5,287 nucleotides of DNA from Candidatus Woesearchaeota archaeon (GTDB taxonomy: Archaea; Nanobdellota; Nanobdellia; Pacearchaeales; GW2011-AR1), in NCBI GenBank assembly GCA_964598635.1, contig CAZRCO010000027.1, positions 1-5,287 on the forward strand, written 5' to 3'. The position numbers and the translations under genes are program-made. Under the pieces are notes generated by a model. It was not told where the DNA came from. It did not search any database and worked only from the letters and a program-made list of their open reading frames with translations. Within the stretch, counting starts at the first letter, position 1, and each line of letters starts with the position of its first letter. Shown here in pieces: positions 1 through 4,468 of the stretch.

Positions 1-57
1 AAGCAGGAAAACACCTGGGAGTCTTATATCAGCCGCCTGGAGAAGATGGTTTTGTGA
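1..57 (+). CDS. Possible 3' end of a CDS running off the left edge (..KQENTWESYISRLEKMVL*), product unknown
   Basis: Frame 1 is open from base 1 to TGA at 55-57. This stretch is visibly more GC-rich than the AT-rich spacer that follows. It is too short to identify. Confidence 0.3.
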   Translation, partial: KQENTWESYISRLEKMVL

Positions 58-69
58 AAATAATAAAGT

Positions 70-110
70 TTCTTTAAAGCTATCAACACGATAGATTTTT
101 ATATTGCTTT
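70..110 (+). promoter_or_regulatory. Candidate promoter region for the small basic ORF
   Basis: Two TATA-like boxes, CTTTAAAG (72-79) and TTTTATAT (97-104), flank a 5-bp inverted repeat CTATC-N5-GATAG (80-94). The second box would place a start site near 127, giving a leader of about 26 nt that contains the SD. Confidence 0.35.
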
Positions 111-138
111 GTTCTGAATAATTGAATAAAAAAGAAAA

Positions 139-145
139 GGAGGTG
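139..145 (+). promoter_or_regulatory. Shine-Dalgarno GGAGGTG for the 43-aa ORF
   Basis: GGAGGTG lies within AAAAGGAGGTGGGTGGG, with a 7-nt spacer to the ATG at 153. It is the strongest SD in the window. Confidence 0.65.
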
Positions 146-152
146 GGTGGGA

Positions 153-284
153 ATGGTAGGTCATACTTCAAAAAGTAAGGCAACTGCGAGAAAAGCTGCA
201 TCTTCTGCAAGAAAGAGAGGACTTAAAGCCTCAGTTTACAAAAAGAAGAAAGGTTATGGAGTTAGCGTCACAAAGAAGAAATAA
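153..284 (+). CDS. Small, highly basic protein of 43 aa (MVGHTSKSKATARKAASSARKRGLKASVYKKKKGYGVSVTKKK), function unknown
   Basis: Hand translation ATG153..TAA282-284; absent from the supplied ORF track. It has a perfect SD at optimal spacing, about 17 K/R in 43 residues with no acidic residue, and T5 runs downstream. Confidence 0.6.
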   Translation: MVGHTSKSKATARKAASSARKRGLKASVYKKKKGYGVSVTKKK

Positions 285-303
285 TTTTAATTCTTATATT
301 TAA

Positions 304-326
304 TTTTTAATTAATTTTTAGTTTTT
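304..326 (+). terminator. Oligo-T terminator region for the small basic ORF
   Basis: Three T5 runs (304-308, 315-319, 322-326) lie within TAATTTTTAATTAATTTTTAGTTTTTAG, just downstream of the stop. Archaeal RNAP terminates at oligo-T. Confidence 0.4.
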
Positions 327-342
327 AGTTATTTGGGAATCT

Positions 343-349
343 AAAAAAA
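343..349 (-). terminator. T7 terminator directly after tRNA-Asp
   Basis: A7 on the plus strand is T7 on the minus strand, starting immediately after the discriminator base. Confidence 0.55.
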
Positions 350-421
350 CGCCCACGCCGGGAGTCGGACCCGGATTTCCAGCGCGACAGGCTAGTGTCA
401 TAGCCGTTAGACCACGTGAGC
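350..421 (-). tRNA. tRNA-Asp(GUC): tRNA-Asp (anticodon GUC), 72 nt, no encoded CCA
   Basis: Hand-folded reverse complement: GCTCACG TG GTCT AACGGCTA TGAC A CTAGC CTGTCGC GCTGG AAAT CCGGG TCCGACT CCCGG CGTGGGC G. The 7-bp acceptor stem has one G-U pair. The anticodon and T stems are 5 bp each. The anticodon loop is CU-GUC-GC and the discriminator is G73. This GC-rich island sits in AT-rich DNA. Confidence 0.93.
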
Positions 422-445
422 TTCTACAAATATCTTATAGAAATT

Positions 446-464
446 TATTTTTAAAGATTGCTAT
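446..464 (-). promoter_or_regulatory. BRE/TATA-like promoter for tRNA-Asp (ATAGCAATCTTTAAAAATA on the minus strand)
   Basis: The TTTAAAAA core (448-455) is centred about 30 nt upstream of the mature tRNA 5' end. With the usual archaeal TATA-to-start spacing of about 26-27 nt, this predicts a leader of about 4 nt. The same 19-mer recurs at 944-962 with one mismatch. Confidence 0.6.
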
Positions 465-472
465 ATTGCTAT
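457..472. repeat. Perfect tandem duplication ATTGCTAT x2
   Basis: Read directly at 457-464 and 465-472. It abuts and overlaps the upstream edge of the tRNA promoter 19-mer and the stop codon of the 54-aa ORF. Confidence 0.9.
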
Positions 473-633
473 CTGACTTTTTCCCTGAAATAAAGATTGT
501 CAAATAATCTGGATAACCTATAAACTGCAATAATCTTATCGATATACAGGCATTTCATTACTCCTTCTTTGATTTTTTCCATTGTCTTAACCAATACCCC
601 TTCCTCTGCTATTTCCTCAAGTTCATGCCTCAT
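469..633 (-). CDS. Hypothetical small protein of 54 aa (MRHELEEIAEEGVLVKTMEKIKEGVMKCLYIDKIIAVYRLSRLFDNLYFREKVR)
   Basis: Hand translation; absent from the ORF track. A TATA-like CCTTTAAAAAG lies about 33 nt upstream of the ATG. The composition is protein-like: a charged helical N-terminus and a hydrophobic/aromatic C-terminus. It is short, so chance cannot be excluded. Confidence 0.4.
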   Translation of the reverse strand: MRHELEEIAEEGVLVKTMEKIKEGVMKCLYIDKIIAVYRLSRLFDNLYFREKVR

Positions 634-660
634 TTTCAAGTATTAGTTATTAGCTATAAT

Positions 661-672
661 TCTTTTTAAAGG
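661..672 (-). promoter_or_regulatory. TATA-like box CCTTTAAAAAGA upstream of the 54-aa ORF
   Basis: It shares the CTTTAAAAA core with the other promoters in the window. Its centre is near 666.5, which predicts a start site about 7 nt upstream of the ATG at 633. Confidence 0.4.
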
Positions 673-675
673 CTC

Positions 676-921
676 TTATGACATTTCCTCGTAACCACAC
701 TGCGTACACAATACAAAATGTATTCCATCTTTAACCCAGGATGGATGCGGACAATTAGCAGGAGTATAACCCTTTAACCTGCCTCTAATAATTCCATAAA
801 ATACAGGAGTTCCTTTCTTAAAATTCTCTGCGATTAAATCTCGGGCAATTTTCTCAATATTTTCCTTGGTTGGTTCAATTGGTTTAAGTTCTCTTTCCAT
901 TACATCAGATATTTCATCCAT
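676..921 (-). CDS. Hypothetical 81-aa protein with a C-terminal Cys/His cluster (C57-x-H59 .. H68-x3-C72-x2-C75), a possible small zinc-binding domain
   Basis: ORF track. The 19-mer BRE/TATA element lies upstream, and a G7 run sits 5 nt before the ATG. The Cys/His spacing was read from the translation. I do not recognise a family. Confidence 0.7.
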   Translation of the reverse strand: MDEISDVMERELKPIEPTKENIEKIARDLIAENFKKGTPVFYGIIRGRLKGYTPANCPHPSWVKDGIHFVLCTQCGYEEMS

Positions 922-943
922 ATTAGCCCCCCCAATAATTAAG

Positions 944-962
944 TATTTTTAAAGATTGTTAT
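944..962 (-). promoter_or_regulatory. BRE/TATA-like promoter (ATAACAATCTTTAAAAATA on the minus strand) upstream of ORF 676..921
   Basis: 18 of 19 positions match the tRNA-Asp promoter element. The TATA core at 946-953 is centred about 28 nt upstream of the ATG at 921. Confidence 0.55.
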
Positions 963-969
963 GGTTATG
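958..969. repeat. Tandem GTTATG x2 at the upstream edge of the promoter 19-mer
   Basis: Read directly at 958-963 and 964-969. Its position is analogous to the ATTGCTAT x2 repeat at the tRNA promoter. Confidence 0.85.
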
Positions 970-983
970 CAAACAGTTATTTT

Positions 984-1292
984 TTAGTTTTGGCTGAATA
1001 TTTCAGCATCCTGTTCAGTAGCTATTGTCTCTAATTCAGATATTTTAAATTTAACTAAATTATCAATTTTCTTAGAAAATTCTTCACCAATGCCCACAAA
1101 AACTCTCCCGTAATAATATTCCAGTTCTTTTTTCCGTTCTTCTTTATTCGGCACAATTATTGCTGCTCTCACCCTTACTTGATTCTCCGACTCGTGTAAC
1201 ACATCAATATTCAATACCTTCTCTTTATAGTGTGTTAGATAAAAATCTCTATGAATATCCCCTACGAAAACCTGTGCACGAAACCAATACAT
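984..1292 (-). CDS. Hypothetical 102-aa protein, unknown family
   Basis: ORF track. TTTATATA lies about 26 nt upstream of the ATG. There is an internal motif echo: RAQVFVGDIHRDF near the N-terminus and GRVFVGIGEEF in the middle. Confidence 0.7.
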   Translation of the reverse strand: MYWFRAQVFVGDIHRDFYLTHYKEKVLNIDVLHESENQVRVRAAIIVPNKEERKKELEYYYGRVFVGIGEEFSKKIDNLVKFKISELETIATEQDAEIFSQN

Positions 1293-1313
1293 ATTAATAT
1301 TACAGATTAAAAA

Positions 1314-1321
1314 TATATAAA
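1314..1321 (-). promoter_or_regulatory. TATA box TTTATATA for ORF 984..1292
   Basis: This is the consensus archaeal TATA octamer on the minus strand. Its centre at 1317.5 predicts a start site at about 1291, and the ATG is at 1292, so the transcript would be leaderless. Confidence 0.5.
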
Positions 1322-1351
1322 TTTAATTAAGGTAAAGGATATAAATTAAAT

Positions 1352-1603
1352 TCAGCTATTTTTTTGTGTTTTATGGGAAAATTTTAGCTTAGAAAATAAA
1401 GTGTAAACAATTGAGATTAAAAGATAAAGCGGAATAATTATCACTGCAATGCTAAAGAACACAGCTTCTTCCACGCCAAATAAAGCATATATCAGATTAT
1501 GAACAAGGAAACAAGTTACCCATACAATTAATATAATCAATATTTTTCTCCAGCTTAATAAAAAATATTTCTGAAACCTAAGTCTTCTTTTCATTTTTTT
1601 CAT
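1352..1603 (-). CDS. Small membrane protein of 83 aa with two predicted TM helices; start re-called to the ATG that overlaps the upstream stop
   Basis: The track ORF is 1352..1630. The internal ATG at 1603-1601 forms an ATGA overlap with the TGA (1602-1600) of the upstream ORF. From that start the sequence reads MKKMKRRLRFQKY, followed by two long hydrophobic segments. Confidence 0.7.
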   Translation of the reverse strand: MKKMKRRLRFQKYFLLSWRKILIILIVWVTCFLVHNLIYALFGVEEAVFFSIAVIIIPLYLLISIVYTLFSKLKFSHKTQKNS

Positions 1604-1845
1604 CCTTTCTGGGCTCTTCCCTGATAACATCCATTTCTCATTTCCCGAATCCTTTTTCTGTACTTTCTCAAATCATAGCCATATTCTGTCTCATACTCTG
1701 TAAGAGTTCTTTCTACTAAATCTAAATCTTCAACAGACTTTGTATTTCTAAGCAAAATCTCTAATGCCCTCTCGCAGCACACATGGTTTTTAGCCTCTCT
1801 TTCTCTCTCCATTTCTTCATATTTTTTCCCGATTTTTTTTGTCAT
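1600..1845 (-). CDS. Hypothetical 81-aa charged, probably helical protein co-transcribed with serS
   Basis: ORF track. Its ATG at 1845 is only 2 nt after the serS stop (1848-1850). There is no room for a separate promoter. I do not recognise a family. Confidence 0.7.
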   Translation of the reverse strand: MTKKIGKKYEEMEREREAKNHVCCERALEILLRNTKSVEDLDLVERTLTEYETEYGYDLRKYRKRIREMRNGCYQGRAQKG

Positions 1846-1847
1846 TT

Positions 1848-3128
1848 TTATTTTCCTATATACCTCTTTCCCCCCATGTAAGGCCTTAAAACACGTGGAA
1901 CTTTTATTGTCCCGTCTTTTTGCTGATTATTTTCCATAATAGCTACAATAGCGCGGGAAGTTGCAATCACAGTGTTATTTAAAGTATGAGCAAAGTATCT
2001 TTTTCCTCTTTCATTTATTTTTATATTAAGTCTTCTTGCCTGAGCTTCTTCCATATTTGTTAAAGAGCCAGCCTCAAAATATGTTTGCTGTCTCGGGCTC
2101 CAGGCTTCGATATCACAGGACTTTGCCTTTAAATCAGCCAAATCACCAGAGCAAATCTCTAAAACTCTTATAGGGATTTCTAAAGCTTTGTAAATATCTA
2201 CTGACATTTGTAACATTTTATCATACCAAGCATAAGATTCAGAAGGATGACAAATAATAATCATTTCCTGCTTATTGAACTGATGTGTCCTGTAAATTCC
2301 TTTTTCATCAATTCCATGACTTCCTATTTCTTTTCTGAAACATATGCTATAACCTGTCTGTGCAATCGGCAGTTCTTCTGCCTTAATTTCTTTATTAACA
2401 AATTGCCCTATCAAAGGATGCTCAGATGTAGCAATTAAAAATAAATCCTCTCCCTCAATTTTATAAGACATTTGCTCAATTTCCTCATTTGAATAAACCC
2501 CATTCAAGATCTCTCTTCTAATCATTAAAGGAGGCTCAATATATTCAAACCTCTGTTTTATCATATAATCTCTTGCAAAATTTATCAAAGCCATATCCAT
2601 CAAAGCCAAATCTCCTTTAAGATAATAAAATCCTTTTCCTGCAACTTTTGCAGAAGTATCAAAATCCAAAACTCCCAACCTTTCTCCTAATTCAACATGA
2701 CTTTTAACAGGGAAATCAAATTTTCTTGGCTTTCCTACTCTTTTTATTTCAACATTATCCTTTTCTGTTTTTCCAATAGGAACAGACTCATGGATTATGT
2801 TAGGAATTTGCAGCATAATCTCTCTGATTTCTTCTTCCAAATCTTTCCTTTTAATCTGAAGTTTGCTGATTTCTTTAGGGATTTCTTTTGCCTTTTTTAT
2901 TAATTCTTTTGCCTCTTTGCTCTGTTTTTTCTTTTTAGCCAGATTAACTTTTTGAGAAATTAAATTCCTCTGGCTCCTAAGCCCATCTTCTTTGTATTTT
3001 AATTTTCTCCACTTTTCGTCCAATTGCCTGACTTTATCAACAAGAATAAGTTTTTCTTCCTGGAATTTTTTTCTTATATTTTCACTGACAAGTTCAGGAT
3101 TTTCCCTGATTAATTTTATATCAATCAT
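1848..3128 (-). CDS. serS: Seryl-tRNA synthetase (class II aaRS), archaeal/eukaryal-type
   Basis: The 426-aa ORF begins MIDIKLIRENPELV and continues into a long K/E-rich coiled-coil arm. Class II core motifs are present: FRKEIGSHGIDEKGIYRTHQF, and HTLNNTVIATSRAIVAIMENNQ..DGTIKVPRVLRPYMGG. It lacks the bacterial TGQLPKF segment and carries SEHPL and ATSRAIVA, as I recall for Pyrococcus-type SerRS. Confidence 0.97.
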   Translation of the reverse strand: MIDIKLIRENPELVSENIRKKFQEEKLILVDKVRQLDEKWRKLKYKEDGLRSQRNLISQKVNLAKKKKQSKEAKELIKKAKEIPKEISKLQIKRKDLEEEIREIMLQIPNIIHESVPIGKTEKDNVEIKRVGKPRKFDFPVKSHVELGERLGVLDFDTSAKVAGKGFYYLKGDLALMDMALINFARDYMIKQRFEYIEPPLMIRREILNGVYSNEEIEQMSYKIEGEDLFLIATSEHPLIGQFVNKEIKAEELPIAQTGYSICFRKEIGSHGIDEKGIYRTHQFNKQEMIIICHPSESYAWYDKMLQMSVDIYKALEIPIRVLEICSGDLADLKAKSCDIEAWSPRQQTYFEAGSLTNMEEAQARRLNIKINERGKRYFAHTLNNTVIATSRAIVAIMENNQQKDGTIKVPRVLRPYMGGKRYIGK

Positions 3129-3150
3129 GACTGTAAAAGAAAAATATTGT

Positions 3151-3158
3151 ATTTAAAT
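3151..3158 (-). promoter_or_regulatory. TATA-like ATTTAAAT for serS
   Basis: Its centre at 3154.5 is 26.5 nt upstream of the serS ATG at 3128, which predicts a leaderless transcript. It lies in the 86-bp divergent intergenic region 3129..3214. Confidence 0.5.
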
Positions 3159-3184
3159 TTTCTTATATTGGGTGATTTACAAAC

Positions 3185-3195
3185 TTTTAAAAATA
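3185..3195 (+). promoter_or_regulatory. TATA-like CTTTTAAAAATA for the 225-aa membrane protein gene
   Basis: It has the same CTTTAAAAATA-type core as the minus-strand promoters. It is centred about 25-26 nt upstream of the ATG at 3215. Confidence 0.55.
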
Positions 3196-3214
3196 GTATT
3201 TACTAATTTAATTA

Positions 3215-3892
3215 ATGGCTGGGGTGATGGAAACTCTTAGTAATGTTCTTATAAATGCATATCAGGTAATAACTGCATTGCTTCCTGAATGGGCTAAGGG
3301 TTTTGTTAATTTATTTTTAATAGTTTTATTGATATTTGCTTATGCTGTTTTTATATGGAAATTTTATAAGTTTATAGCTACAAAAAATATTTTAGGATTA
3401 AACCTTAACAAGTATAATAAATCCCAGCATCCTTTTGTTACAAAACTGTTTGCAGGCTCACTTTATTTTGTTGAATACATTATAATTTTGCCATTTACAA
3501 TTTTCTTCTGGTATGGGTTATTCTCAATATTCTTAATACTTTTAACTGAAAATCTTGCTGTAAGCACAATTTTGATTATTTCTGCAGCAATAGTCGCAGC
3601 AATCAGAATGGCTGCATATTACAAAGAAGATTTGGCAAGAGAATTAGCCAAATTAATTCCTTTCACATTATTGGCAGTTTCAATTGTGAATTGGGGAACA
3701 TTTGATTTTGAAAGAATTTTAGGAAATATTCAGCAAATTCCAACATTTTTGAACAACATATTTATTTATTTAGTATTCATAATTATAATAGAAGTAATAT
3801 TAAGAACATTTGATTTCATCTTCTCATTGTTTGGGATAGAAGAAGAGGAAGAAAAAAGTGAAGGAGAGAGTGAAGAAGTTTCTGGAGAATAG
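3215..3892 (+). CDS. Polytopic membrane protein of 225 aa (about 5-6 TM helices) with an acidic C-terminal tail (EEEEEKSEGESEEVSGE)
   Basis: ORF track. It contains several 18-30 residue hydrophobic stretches such as FVNLFLIVLLIFAYAVFIW, YIIILPFTIFFWYGLFSIFLILL and IFIYLVFIIIIEVIL. I do not recognise a family. Confidence 0.85.
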   Translation: MAGVMETLSNVLINAYQVITALLPEWAKGFVNLFLIVLLIFAYAVFIWKFYKFIATKNILGLNLNKYNKSQHPFVTKLFAGSLYFVEYIIILPFTIFFWYGLFSIFLILLTENLAVSTILIISAAIVAAIRMAAYYKEDLARELAKLIPFTLLAVSIVNWGTFDFERILGNIQQIPTFLNNIFIYLVFIIIIEVILRTFDFIFSLFGIEEEEEKSEGESEEVSGE

Positions 3893-3898
3893 AAAAAA

Positions 3899-3906
3899 CT
3901 ATAAAT
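3899..3906 (+). promoter_or_regulatory. TATA-like CTATAAAT upstream of the ATG at 3927
   Basis: It lies right after the stop of the membrane protein gene. It is centred about 25 nt upstream of ATG 3927, the same spacing as the other genes. Confidence 0.4.
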
Positions 3907-3926
3907 CCCATTTATACTCTCAGATA

Positions 3927-4460
3927 ATGCCTAAATTATTAAAATATACACTTGAAGATACAGACTTTTTTTATACTAATGAGATTAAAAGAGATTTCGA
4001 ATTAAAATCTGATTTTTATCTGGAAGATTTAGTCGAAAGAATTTTAACAAATTTTTTAGAAAGAGAACCAAAGTATAAAGAATTAGTTGATTTACATTCT
4101 AAAAAACATGGTTTAAGCAGAAAGGCAGTATTAGCAGCCCATGGAGATAGTCTAATTAATAGATGGTATTATGGTGATGAAACTTATGATTCCCAGGTTC
4201 AAGATTGGATAAATCAGATGGATGGAAAATATGCTGTTTTAATTCTATACTGTTGTAATCCTGGATCTCATGAAATTTCTTCTAAAAAATCAGCAGTATT
4301 AGCCAATAATTTTACTTATTCTGAATATAGACAGGATGTGGGGGACGGAAAGGTTGAATTATATCTCCCAAAAATTGGTTATATTGATTCATACATGATA
4401 GATTTTGAGCTAGAACAAATGAAAAAATCAGCTAAGAAAAAAACAGTTAGAATTAAATAA
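3927..4460 (+). CDS. Hypothetical soluble protein of 177 aa from ATG 3927 (200 aa if the GTG at 3858 is used)
   Basis: The track ORF 3858..4460 starts at a GTG inside the purine-rich acidic tail of the upstream gene, with a 35-nt overlap. ATG 3927 has a TATA-like box at the standard spacing. The protein carries a conserved-looking LILYCCNPGSHE segment. I do not recognise a family. Confidence 0.75.
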   Translation: MPKLLKYTLEDTDFFYTNEIKRDFELKSDFYLEDLVERILTNFLEREPKYKELVDLHSKKHGLSRKAVLAAHGDSLINRWYYGDETYDSQVQDWINQMDGKYAVLILYCCNPGSHEISSKKSAVLANNFTYSEYRQDVGDGKVELYLPKIGYIDSYMIDFELEQMKKSAKKKTVRIK

Positions 4461-4468
4461 ATTTATTT
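4455..4468. terminator. Perfect 14-bp palindrome AAATAAATTTATTT spanning both convergent stop codons; possible bidirectional oligo-T terminator
   Basis: TAA at 4458-4460 (plus-strand gene) and TTA at 4463-4465 (TAA of the minus-strand gene) both lie inside the palindrome. Each strand reads TTTATTT after its own stop. Confidence 0.35.

Noticed and set aside
1-201. Minus-strand frame open from ATG 201-199 to the left edge (67+ aa)
   Set aside because: It runs antisense through the small basic ORF, its SD and the AT-rich spacer. The translation is F/L/S-rich with no signals. The plus-strand features explain the region better.
469-921. The 81-aa and 54-aa ORFs are in the same frame, raising the idea of one gene split by a mutation (pseudogene)
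   Set aside because: Three in-frame stops (676-678, 667-669, 643-645) separate them, and a TATA-like box precedes the 54-aa ORF. A shared frame has a one-in-three chance expectation.
350-1292. tRNA-Asp as an integration site for a mobile element carrying the small ORFs
   Set aside because: There is no integrase or recombinase. I could find no duplicated fragment of the GC-rich tRNA 3' half elsewhere in the window. The idea is kept only as a weak possibility in the findings.
1592-1603. A7 run (ATGAAAAAAATG on the minus strand) at the ORF81/ORF83 junction as a programmed frameshift site
   Set aside because: Ordinary ATGA coupling explains the junction. The downstream protein has its own start, and no stimulatory structure is evident.
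1604-1630. Nine-codon N-terminal extension (MLSGKSPER) of the two-TM protein as given in the track
   Set aside because: It would overlap the upstream ORF by 31 nt. The ATG at 1603 forms a canonical ATGA stop/start overlap and yields a typical basic N-terminus before the first TM helix.
2247-2438. Plus-strand 63-aa ORF from the track
   Set aside because: It lies entirely antisense within the well-supported serS CDS. The low-complexity, F/L/N/S-rich translation is typical of a shadow frame in AT-rich DNA.
2697-2903. Plus-strand 68-aa ORF from the track
   Set aside because: It is antisense to the serS coiled-coil region. The F/L/S-rich shadow-frame composition and lack of translation signals argue against it.
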